Of a stretch of DNA of 64,000 nucleotides, positions 50,555 through 61,678 are shown piece by piece (the first letter of the stretch is position 1; each line of letters begins with the position of its first letter). The notes under the pieces are model-generated. The model was given only the letters and a program-made list of their open reading frames with translations. It had not been told where the DNA came from and ran no database searches. A program made the position numbers and the translations under genes. Source of the stretch: Malacoraja senta (lineage: Eukaryota); the NCBI GenBank assembly GCA_038087875.1, contig CM075997.1, forward strand, positions 496,001-560,000, written 5' to 3'.

Positions 50555-51185
50555 GAGTACAGGTAGATAGTTCCCTGAAAGTGGAAATGCAGGTAGATAG
50601 GGTGGTAAAGGCCCTCATTAGTCAGGCTGTTGAGCAGGTTGCAGGTGTACGAGATGTTAGTGAGGCCACATTTGGTATCGTGTTTAGTTGTGATCACCCT
50701 GCTGTGGAAAGGATGTCAAGCTGGAAATAGTGCAGGGAAGATTTACGAGGATGTTGCCAGGACTCGAGGACCCTAGCTCTGAGCTAAGGTTGGGCAGGCT
50801 GGGATCGCAGGAGGCTCAAGGTAATCTTATAGAAGTGTATAAAATCGTGAAGGGAATGGAGATAGTGAATGCACATGTTTCCACCCAAGGAAGGGGAATC
50901 AAGAACCATAGGACACTGGTTTGTGTGAAGGGAAAGGTTCGATAGAAAGCTGAGGGGCAACTTTGACACTCTGAGGGTGGTGGCTATGTGGAATGAGGTG
51001 CAAGAGGAGGTCGTTGAGGCAAGTACTGTAACAGCTTTGAAAAGACACATGGACAGGAACATGGATAGGAAAGGTTTGGATGTGGATGAAATGCAGGCAT
51101 GTGGGACTAGCTTAGTTGTGGCACCTTGGATGGACATGGACGAGTTGGGCCTAAGCGCCTGTTTCTGTGCTGTACATCTCTATGG
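50555..51185 (+). mobile_element. Degraded CR1 LINE fragment
   Basis: QGRFTRMLPGL, GNLIEVYKIVKG peptides. Confidence 0.7.
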
Positions 51186-51690
51186 TCCAGGCTTAGGACG
51201 TTATTTTTCTTTTTCTATTAATGCACTGTAAAATCCAAACGAGATCTTAAGATGTACTCTAGCCTGCCTCTCTGTGGAAACAGTGAATCATGAGAATCCC
51301 CTGAGTATTGAGAACTTTGAGTACAATTTTCCCTTTTCATCCATGACGGGAACATTGCCATATTTGCGGTGCCCAGACAGTCCAACATTCCCGGACCTAG
51401 GGAAAATCTGAAGTATTTCTGGGACTCGGCGAAGAGGAAATGTGCCCCAGTCCGCATAGCTTAGTGTATTATGAAACTGGAGTATTGTTCCTGTGGGGAT
51501 GGTATAAGCCTGTGTTTAAAGACATCAATGTTACTTTAATGTGGTAACATTTGTTTCAGATATGCAGTAAATGATTTGTATAAGACTGACTTTGTCTTTG
51601 AGAGATTCTCTGGCTCTCGTTCTCCCCAGGAACTAAGTTCAGCCTGTGTTTACATTGCAAAGTAATGTCAGTGAGTACATTGCAATGTAA

Positions 51691-51852
51691 CATCGCGGGG
51701 TGACGCCTGTATGGTCGCGCGTAGTCGCCCAAGAGTCGTACCTTTTTCTGGTCGCTGCTGGATTTTCAACATGTTGAAAATTTACGGCGACCTGCTGCGA
51801 CTGACGGGTGCCGGCAAGTCGTCGAAAAAATCGCGTGAGTGGGACAGGCCCT
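51691..51852. mobile_element. Half of a fold-back MITE (subtype 2)
   Basis: Matches one arm of 43823-44154 and ends in the TIR AGTGGGACAGGCCCT. Confidence 0.7.
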
Positions 51853-53336
51853 GGAAACTATGGCCTCTGACTCAATGGTGAGGGTGTTGTGAGCAATATT
51901 CAGTGCATCATTGTGTTAAAAAAGAGAATTTCTCCAGAACGCCAAATACCAGACATGGAATGTCTCCAATCTCCCAGTATTTGTTTAACCAGCAGTGTTT
52001 AATTGACCTCTATATGATCCCCTTATTTATTTTACGTTAAATAATGAATGCATTAACTTTACATTTTATGTTTTTGACCTTGTAAAAGATGGCTTCCTCT
52101 CATCTCGCATGAATAGTTCCACAAGAGATTTGCCTGTTATGTGTGTTGTGCATCTGGTGTGCGTTTCCCATCAATCATACTTCAGACGTCTGTGTCATGG
52201 GACAAAAGTATAAAGGAAGTGAACAGAAATTTGGAAAGTACCTTGAATTGCTTCAAGAACAGAAAATACCTGGGGACGAATATCTCTTCTCTCTTAATTG
52301 AACCTTGCTGGGTGAACTCATTCAGCTGCAGTGTAGATAACAACTGAACTCTGTGAACCTGCTGCTTGCATATTAATTTAACTTTTAAAAGGAAAAGGAA
52401 ATACTTTGACTTGAATCTTTTGAATGATCTAACATTTTCGTATTGGACCACTGACATTTGCTGTTGAATGTATGCGTAGGTTTGGATTCCCAAGCGAGAA
52501 TAAGCCCTGAACACGTGTAACACTCGTACTGCTAATAGGACCTGTGAGGTTCCGTGTTGGATTCCTCGTCGTCTCCCATTACCTAACCAGGAAATCTCCT
52601 GCATTTCCAATGTGATGTTAACCCAGTGCCCTGAATAATATTTATCCCACAGGGTGATTTTCTCTCAAATGCCATTGCTGGAAAATATTATCTTGCTTGT
52701 GTTACATTTTTCTGCACAAGAGCTTGCTGTAAGGAAATTGGTTGCTGCGTTTTGGAGTTTAGAGATGCAGCAAGAAAATGGGCCCTTTGGCCCACCAAGT
52801 CCATGCCAACCATCGATCACTAGTTTTATGCTATCTCACTTTCTCATCCACTCCCCGCACACTAGGGGGGGAATTTAGAGGTCAATTAACCTACAAACCC
52901 ACACGTGTTTGGGATGTGGGAGGAAACTGGAGCACGGGTTTCTGATAGGGACCCTTCCTCTGTCACTGCTTCAGATGCTGAGAAGCTTTCTCCTCCAGCT
53001 GTTGAGAAAAGGGATTGGATATTTGGGAGGGTTATTACTTCAACTTCCAGTCCCCGTGAAACTACAACTTTTGCTGTTGTCCTTGGGTGATTGAATCTCT
53101 TCAACGTGGCTAATCCTTGCAAAGCTACCTTGCAGGAAAGACAGCCTGTAATCCAAAACTAAAACCCAGGCAGTTCTGACCGACCCCTTTCTTGCAGTTG
53201 AAGCTTTTGAGGCTGTCCCATGGGATTTGGGCTACAGTGTACATTTAATTGGGGCATCCCCTACCGTTTGCTTTGGTTATTGTATCCTTGTGTTATGGAG
53301 TCCTCATGGGCCATTATTTTTGTCTCTTTGTTGCAG

Positions 53337-53480
53337 ATGAAGAGAGTGTTAATCAGCTCGCTTCCGTTGGATATGCTTCCACCTCCAGAGGGAAGGAAAT
53401 CCAGAGCATGGTTTTGCCTCAAGGCTTCCGGTATCAGCGCCAGACCCCGCCTCTTCTCCCCATACATCGAGGAAGCCAAG
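53337..53480 (+). CDS. BTBD7: BTBD7-like coding exon 6
   Basis: MKRVLISSLPLDMLP...RPRLFSPYIEEAK. TTGCAG| acceptor, AAG|GTGGGT donor, phase 0/0. Confidence 0.93.
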
Positions 53481-56400
53481 GTGGGTGAACGTACAGCCAT
53501 TTGTTTGTGTTTGTTTCATCAGTTGAAAACATTGCGCATCTGTACCTTGAAGCCAACTCTTCGCTGAGGCGATACTACGTATGGTGAGGAGAAGCATCAC
53601 GTTTATAATACAAAACTAAAACCCAAACAGTCCTCACTGTTCCCTTTCTTGTCGATGAAGCTTCTGTATCTGCCCCATGGGATAAACTTCTGAAGGTTGG
53701 TGAGGGTTGTTGAGAGTTTGGCTGCAGTGTACATTTAATTATGATGAAGAAAGTCCCAGCGGGCCTTTAGGAGAGGCCGCTGAGCCCCCCCTTCGCGGCT
53801 GCATGCGGCAGCAGACCTGGCTCGCCGCTGCAAAGAAACTCCCGGCGGGCCGCGGCCTGCAGGGGGGAGTTTCAGGAGCCTCCGGAGAGTCGAGGAGGTG
53901 GGAGTTGTTGGCGATGACAGACACGATGAATGGAACTGGGGTAATGCCTCCAGCGTCCTCGAGGTCGATCACCCCTCCCCGGTATACATAGGTGGTCGGG
54001 CAAGGAGAGGGACGTTGGCTCAAGGCAATGGAGTAGGCTCTGCAGCAGCCTGGGCCTTTCCTGAATCGGGAGCCACTCCAGTACATTGAGCACATGGACT
54101 GGACTTTGGAGCTTTTGTAAATGATGGCAAAATATGGCAACTCGTACATGTATGATCATTCTATGCAAAAGGAATTTCACCGTGCAGGGCACATGTGACA
54201 ATGTTGCACTGTTGAACCATTGATGGGGAAGGTAGACAAAAATGCTGGAGAAACTCAGCAGGTGAGGCAGCATCTATGGAGCGAAGGAACAGGTGACATT
54301 TCGGGTCACAACCCGAAACGTCACATATTTTCTTCTCTCCGTAGATGCTGCCTCACCCGCTGAGTTTCTCCAGCGCTTTTGTCTACCTTCAATTTTTCCA
54401 GCATCTGCAATTCTTTCTTAAACATTGATGGGGAAAGTCATTCCACTCTGTAGCCTGTGGCAATAAGTACAACCCAGGGCTCCTTTCTTTGCATGCCAAC
54501 TCTGATTTAATGCGAGTTAATTCGCAGTGGGTTTTGTGCAAGTCTGAATTCAGCTACACATCGAGTTTCTTTTGCTCTTTGTAGAGAGCACCAGTTTCTC
54601 AGGGTTCTCTTGTTATCGTCTTGCTGTTGCGATTGCCTTGCTTTTATTCTGATCAGTCATGCTGGTAGTTTTGGTAAAAAGCCATGGCCTCGTGCCAGAA
54701 ATGAGCATTCACTGCTTAAATGTGCGGCAAAAAATAAAAAAATTCTGATGCATGCTGTACTTAGTATTGGAATTCCATTTACTCAGCATTGTGTTCTCCT
54801 CAGAAGACAGCAAAGATTAAGTGTTCAAAATTATGTAGGATTTTGATAAAGAACAGAAGAAGTCATGTGATAGGAGCAGAATTGGGCCATTCGGGCCATC
54901 AAGTCGACTCCGTCATTCAATCATGGCTGATCTATCTCTCCCTCCTAACCCCATTCTCCTGCCTTCTCCCCATACCCTTGACACTAATCAAGAATCTATC
55001 TATCTCTGCCTTTAAAAATCCTCTGACTTGGTCTCCGCAGCAAAGAATTCCACAGATTCACCACCAAAGGCGTTATTTTCCACGAGGGATTAATAGGCAG
55101 GGAAAATGGATGCAAGATGGTGGCTAAAAATATAATTGCAAATAAGATTTTAAGCAGCTCGGAATGCAATGTACAGCCTGAAACCTGACTCTTGCTTTCA
55201 GAAGGAAATCCATTATGTACTTGACAGAGTTGGAAGGGATGGAAATCACAAGCCTAAGGGGGAAGTATAGAGGACTGTATCTAATTGGATTGAACTTTGA
55301 AAGAGTTGTTACATTGGCGATGAGCTGAAAGGCCCCTCTTGAACTGTATGTTTCTAAGCCTTGGCTGCCTTCACATACTGAACGAGCAGCAATTTGCCCA
55401 CTCCCTCGCTCCACAGACATTTGCAGCAAGCTGTGGAATCTAAGGTAGACACAAAATGATGGAGTCACTCAGTGGGACAGGCAGCTTCTCCAGACAGAAG
55501 GAATGGGTAATGTTTCTGGGTCGAGACCATTGGGTGAGGGGGGGGGGGGATAAGAGCAGGGTGGAAAAGAGCAGGGGAAGGACAGATGTTGTGGTTGGGT
55601 TTCTCACCTCCCCCCACTACAATCAGTCTGAAGAAGGGTCTGGACCTGAAACGTCACCTATCCATTCCCTCTACAGATGCTGCCTGCCTGCCCCATTGTT
55701 TTAATCCAGCACTTTGCATTTTACACCAGATTCCAGTGTCTGCAATTGCTTAAATCAGTCATGCGGCGTGGAAACGGGCCCTTCGGCCCAACTTGCCCAT
55801 GCAGACCAACTTGTCCCATCGATGCTAGTTCGTCCCACCTGCATGTGTTTGGACCATACCCCTCTAAACCGGTCCTATCCATCTACCCGTCTAAATGTTT
55901 CTTTGACATTGTGATAGTACCTGCCTGCAATGTATTCACGCAGTTCTGTTGCTTGTGGTGCATCCTCTATACGCTGAGCAATGGATTGAAATATCAGCTG
56001 CAGCTTGTATTTCTGATGGCTACACTGTGGGCCCTTGGCAGCTGGAAACCCCACATCTGTTCAAGGTGATTGAAGAAAGACTTTTATTTTACCGTGCCTT
56101 TCATGTTCCTTGCTGGAAATCCCTAACCATCCAGTGCTTTTTCTGGTGTAGATGCTGTTGTGATGTGGCTGGGAATTTATACACAGCAGCCTCCCCCCCC
56201 CCCCCCCCAGCAGCAACGTTGCCACGACCAGGCAATCTGTTGTAGTGATGTTGATGAGGCACAGTGGCTGCTGTCTGGCGCTATGAGGTGTTCTGCACCC
56301 CTCTGGAGAGAAGTCAAGATCTCATCTGAGGGACGGCACAGTGGCGCAGTGGTAGAGTTGCTTCCTGCCCCAGTTCCAGCGTTACGTCCGTGCCCGGGTG

Positions 56401-56801
56401 ATGTTAGAGAGGAACTACGCACTGTCCACGGGCAACCTGTGGGATTTCGTGGACCGCTGGGGGTTGAATGCATCCTTGACAAGGAGTGTAAGATAGTTGT
56501 ATTATAGTTTGTCGTGTATTATGGTGGTGGGTTCTGTTTTGTTTTTTACTGTACTGTATATATTATTTTAATATTCGAGTTAAAAAAAACACCCCAATGT
56601 CTGTGTTGATCATGGTGCAAGATGGACAAGTCTCCTCTGCGTGCACGTGATCCAAATCCCTCAATTTTGTGCACCCAAGTAAAAGTATTTGAAACAGTAC
56701 TGTTTACGTTTGAATTTTCAAGCACTCTTGTGTGGAAGTCGGAATAAAAACTCATGCAACCTCCAATATAAAAACTAAGTGTGTCTTTTTTTCCCGTTAA
56801 G

Positions 56802-56988
56802 ATTGTGCTGGATGAACTGATGTCGGAGCAGACGAGCTTGGAGAAGGTTCGAATGAGCCGGATCTCGAGTGTTCCGGACACTCTCTACATGGTTGACTCG
56901 AGTGTAGCAGACTTTTCTCATTTTAACTCTGGATCCCCCCAGGGATGTGATGAGAATGTATCTGCAACACTGCGTGACGAAGTACCTG
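56802..56988 (+). CDS. BTBD7: BTBD7-like coding exon 7
   Basis: IVLDELMSEQTSLEKVRMSRISSVPDTLYMV...DEVP. AAG| acceptor, G|GTAAG donor. Confidence 0.92.
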
Positions 56989-58324
56989 GTAAGGCAACTA
57001 ATGTTAAGGGTCTGTTACCTCCCGTGAGATATTTGGTTACCTCTCGGCGCTCCCACTTCAATGCCGGCCATCTGGTCTGCATTTACTTGCTACAACACAG
57101 GAGGAGGCTATTTGGCTCCCCAACACCAATCCCATCAATCCTATTCCAGCGGTAGAGTTGCTGCCTCACAGTGCCGGAATTTTGCCGTAGTCAGAATTTG
57201 ATCCTGACTACGGGTGCTGTCTGTACGGAGTTTGTACGTTCCCCCCTTTTTTTGTGTGCTCTGGTTTTCTCCCACACTCCAAAGACGTACAGGTTTGTAG
57301 ATTAATTGTAAAGATTGTAAATTGTGTAGTGCTAGTGAGCAAGATAAACAATGCTATTTGAACTTCATAGATTAATATCTATAACCTGCTGGTAAACCCT
57401 AACTAAATCTGATTACAAGATCAAAAACCTGCCAATATGCCAAACCTTTCACATCCTACGCAGTAGGGAAAATTTCACAGAAGTCAATTAACCTACAAAC
57501 CTGCACGTCTTTGGAGTGTGGGAGGAAACAGGAGCACCCGGAGAAAACCCACGCGGTCACAGGAAAAACGCACAAACTCCGTACAGAGAGCACCCATAGT
57601 TGGGATCGAACCCGGGTCTCTGGCGCAGTGAGGCAGCAACTCGATCACTGTGGCATCCCATGTGTATCTGTTTGGATAGCATGCAAACCAAAATTTGTCA
57701 CCGTAACTTGTACTCTAAACCTTAACATGGGCATTCAGGGATGGACAATAAATGCTGGCCTTGAAAACAGAGCCCTCTTATAATGAATGTTTTTTTTTAA
57801 ACTATGCCAGAGTATACTACTACTATCCACCTGTACTGTGTCTACGATGTATCTACGTACTTATGTATAGTGATATCTGTACTGAACTGTATACAAAAAT
57901 GAAATTTGCTGTACATCGGTGCGTGTGACAATGAAGTATCATTGAACCACTGAGACAGGAGATGTACAGAAATTGATTGGGCATCATTTGTAAGAAGGAA
58001 CTGCAGATGCTGATTTAAGCAGAGGAAGGACACAAGGTTGGAGTAACTCAGCGGGTCAGGCAGCATCTGTGGAGAGAAGGAGTTGGTGACGTTTCTGGTT
58101 GAGAAGAGTCTCGACCCAAAACCTCACCTGTTTATTTTCTCCAGAGTTGCTGCCTGACCCGCTAAGTTGAGCTACTCCAGCCTTGTGTGTGTGTCTTGTG
58201 GTGAGGGACAATATTTAATTCAGCAACTGATATGTTTTATTCATCAACTCCAATATTTTTCTCTTTCCCTTTCACTCATCCTATTGTCTCCTTTCTTTGT
58301 CTTGTGCTGCTTTTCCTCTTCTAG

Positions 58325-58503
58325 TGCCCACGGTAGAGGTGGCCAAGGCCATGTTCAGGCGGCTCGGGGAGGTCTGGCACAGTGACCAGGTACAGCGGGC
58401 ATATGCTTTAAACATCGGTGCGGGGGCTGCTGTCACCCAGGCAGTCTATCTGCGTGTGGTCAGAGAGTTTGGCCTCTCTGATGCCACCACTGAGTTATTG
58501 AAG
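58325..58503 (+). CDS. BTBD7: BTBD7-like coding exon 8
   Basis: VPTVEVAKAMFRRLGEVWHSDQVQRAYALNIG...RVVREFGLSDATTELLK. TAG| acceptor, AAG|GTAAA donor. Confidence 0.93.
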
Positions 58504-58634
58504 GTAAATCTTTACTCTTTTGAACTAAGTTTTAAAATCAAAATTGGTTGCTTATGTGTGGTCATATACTATTGTATTCTATTGTAAAATATTGCACTGT
58601 ATAATTGGCTCCAGTTGAGCTAGATGTCGTTAGA

Positions 58635-58771
58635 TCATAAGAGATAGGAGCAGAATTAGGCCATTCAGCCCATCGAGTCTGCTCCGCCATTCAGTCGTGT
58701 CTGATCTATCTCTCCCTCGCAACCCCATTCTCCTGCCTTCTCCCCATAACCCCTGACACCCGTACTAATCA
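58635..58771 (-). mobile_element. CR1 LINE 3' tail fragment
   Basis: GGAGCAGAATTAGGCCATTC...CCCCATTCTCCTGCCTTCTCCCCATAACCCCTGACACCCGTACTAATCA, the same as other CR1 tails in the window. Confidence 0.75.
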
Positions 58772-58798
58772 TCTTGCTTTATCCTCTTTCCCTCTCAG

Positions 58799-59167
58799 TA
58801 TCCCACGGTGTATTTTCCGAACGAGCACTTGAGCATCGACAGTCCGATTTTCGGGAAACGCCCGCCGAGCTCCCGCCGGGCCACTCCCATGAAGGAAACC
58901 AACGTCCAGAGTTTGGACCCCTTCAGGAATTTCAGCCCCCCACTTCCTCCCCCGCCGCCTCCCTACCATCCACCCCCGTCGCCCCGGCGAGAACGGGTGC
59001 AGTCCGGTGAAAGGAAAGAAGACGGTCAGCCTACCTCATGCCGCGCTTTGCGCACCAACCTCCTGCCCCACGCTGCCTCTCGGACTTCAGAACAGGCCGT
59101 GCAAGCTTCCATCAGGGCCGTTAACAGCGAGGAGCCTGGCAATGGTCACCTGGCACCCGAAGAGCAG
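58799..59167 (+). CDS. BTBD7: BTBD7-like coding exon 9
   Basis: YPTVYFPNE...LDPFRNFSPPLPPPPPPYHPP (BTBD7 FHPPLPPPPPPYHPP). CAG| acceptor, CAG|GTATT donor, 369 nt. Confidence 0.9.
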
Positions 59168-59440
59168 GTATTTGCAAGCGTACACTTGTTACTAGCATCA
59201 TAGGGGTGGTACAGGGGCACAGCTGGTAGATCCACTGCCTCTCAGCGCCAGAGATACTAAGTTCGATCCTGGCCTCGGGAGCTTGCTGTGTGTGGAGTTT
59301 GCACATTCTCAGATTCTCCATGGGTTTTGTCCGGTTGCTCCAGTTTTCTCCAACATCCCAAAGACGTGCAGGTTTGTAGCATAATTGGCCCTCTGTAAAT
59401 TGCCCCTAATGTGTAGCGAGTGGATGAGAGAGTAGGATAA

Positions 59441-59880
59441 TATAGACAATCGGTGCAGGAGTAGGCCATTCGGCCCTTCGAGCCAGCACCGCATTCAATA
59501 TGATCATGGCTGTTCATCCACAATCAGCACCCCATTCCTGCCTTCTCCCCATATCCCCTGACTCCGCTATCTTTAAGAGCCCTATCTAGCTCTCTCTTGA
59601 AAGCATCCAGAGAATCGGCCTCCACTGCCCTCTGAGGCAGAAAATTCCACGGATTCACAACTCTCTGGGTGAAAAGTTTTTCCTCATCTCCGTTCTAAAT
59701 GGCCTACCCTAATTCTTAAGTTGTGGCCCCTGGTTCTGGATTGCCCCAACATCAGGAACATGTTTCCTGGCTCTGGTGTGTCCAATCCCTTAATAATCTT
59801 ATATATTTCATTAAGATGCCCTCTCATCCTTCTAAATTCCAGTAAACAAGCCCAGCTGCTCCATTCTATCAACATATGAC
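59441..59880 (-). mobile_element. CR1 LINE 3' fragment nested in an HE1-like SINE (59215-59440 and 59881-59962)
   Basis: Minus peptide LEFRRMRGHLNEIYKIIKGLD. SINE sequence resumes after 59880. Confidence 0.8.
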
Positions 59881-60510
59881 AATATAGATCTTGTGTGAAC
59901 GGGTGATCAAAGGTCGGTGTGGATAAGGTGGGCCGAAGGGCCTGTTTCCATGGTGCATCTAAAGGCTGTTGGTTTAAATTGGCTGCTGGAGGTTGAGGGG
60001 AGACCTAATAAAAATACATGCAGGATCTAGATAGGATAGACAGTCTCAACCTTTTCAACCTGAGGGGCAAAGTTTAACGATGATTTGCAGGGAAGCCTTT
60101 TTTAAAAATACAGTGCGGTGGGTGCCTGATACGTGCTGCCAGGGGTGGTGGTGGAGGCAGATGCAATAGTGGCATTTCAAAGAGAGGCTTGTCAAGACGC
60201 ACATGGATCTGCAGGGAATGGAGGGATATGGATCACGTGCAGGCAGAGGAGATTAGACATCGTTTTAACAATGATTGTAATATGGTGTGTATCTTCCATG
60301 ATGGGGAAATTGTTAATCGTAGAATAGTACAGCACAAGAAACGGCCCCTCGGCCCACTATAGCTATGCCAAACATGTTACCAACACCAAAGATAGACACA
60401 AGATGCTGGAGTAACTCAGTGGATCTGGCAGCATCTCTGGAGAAAAGGAGTAGGTGACGTTTTGGGTTGAGACCCTTCATCAGACCCATCGGTCTGATGA
60501 AGAGTTGAGG

Positions 60511-60855
60511 GGACGCTAGAGGCAGGAAACATGTTCCCGATGTTGGGGGAGTCCAGAACTAGGGGGCATAGTTTAAGAATAAGGGGTAAGCCATTTAGAA
60601 CGGAGATGAGGAAACACTTTTTCACACAGAGAGTTGTGAGTTTGTGGAATTCTCTGCCTCAGAGGGCGGTGGAGGCCGGTTCTCTGGATACTTTCAAGAG
60701 AGAGCTAGATAGGGCTCTTAAAGGTAGCAGAGTCAGGGGATATGGGGAGAAAGCAGGAACAGGCTACTGATTGGGGATGATCAGCCATGATCACATTGAA
60801 TGGCGGTGCTGGCTCGAAGGGCTGAATGGTCTACTCCTGCACCTATTGTCTATTG
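60511..60855 (+). mobile_element. CR1 LINE 3' end between inverted Penelope-type repeats
   Basis: ORF end MFPMLGESRTRGHSLRIRGKPFRTEMRKHFFTQRVVSLWNSLPQ...GTGY* and tail. Confidence 0.85.
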
Positions 60856-61678
60856 ACCCAAAATGTCACCTACTCCTTTTCTCCAGAGATGCTGCCTGAC
60901 CCGCTGAGTTACTCCAGCATTTTGTGTCTATCTTCGGTGTAAACCGGCATCTGTAGTTCCTCCTTGCACATGATGCCAAGGCCAGTTCTTATCAGCCTGC
61001 ACATACTCCATGTCCCTCTCATCAAGTCGTCAAGAGTGTTTTATTGTCATGTGTCCCAGATAGGACAATTAAATTCTTGCTTGCTGCAGCACAACAGAAT
61101 ATGTAAACATGGTACATAACGGGAGAAGAAAAAAAAGTTCAGTGTGTGTATACACATGCACACATACTCAATAAATAACAAATATAGTGCATTCCCTGCC
61201 TATCCAAAAGTCCCGTAAACCCCACTATCGTATCCTATTACCGTATAAAGATACAGGATTCTTTATAGGTTTAGGAAAGAACTGCAGATGCTGGAAAAAT
61301 CTCAGGTAGACAAAAATGCTGGAGAAACTCAGCAGGTGAGGCAGCATCTGTGGAGCGAAGGAATAGGTGACGTTTCGGGTCGAGACCCAAAGGTCTCGAC
61401 CCGAAACGTCACCTATTCCTTCGTTCCATAGATGCTGCCTCACCCGCTGAATTTCTCCAGGATACTTTTATAGGGAATGGTTTCACTCTGGTCCTTATTG
61501 TCTTCCCTCACAGTGGAAACGTTGATCCCGCTGTGGGGGATGTTCATGTTAAATTCTGTCGTGTATTGTGTTTTTATTCGTATGGCTGTACGGTCACTCA
61601 AATCTCACTGTACCAGTCGGTGCATGTGACATTAAATGTAACTTAAACTTGAACGTGGTTAATTATTTGTCGTTGCAG

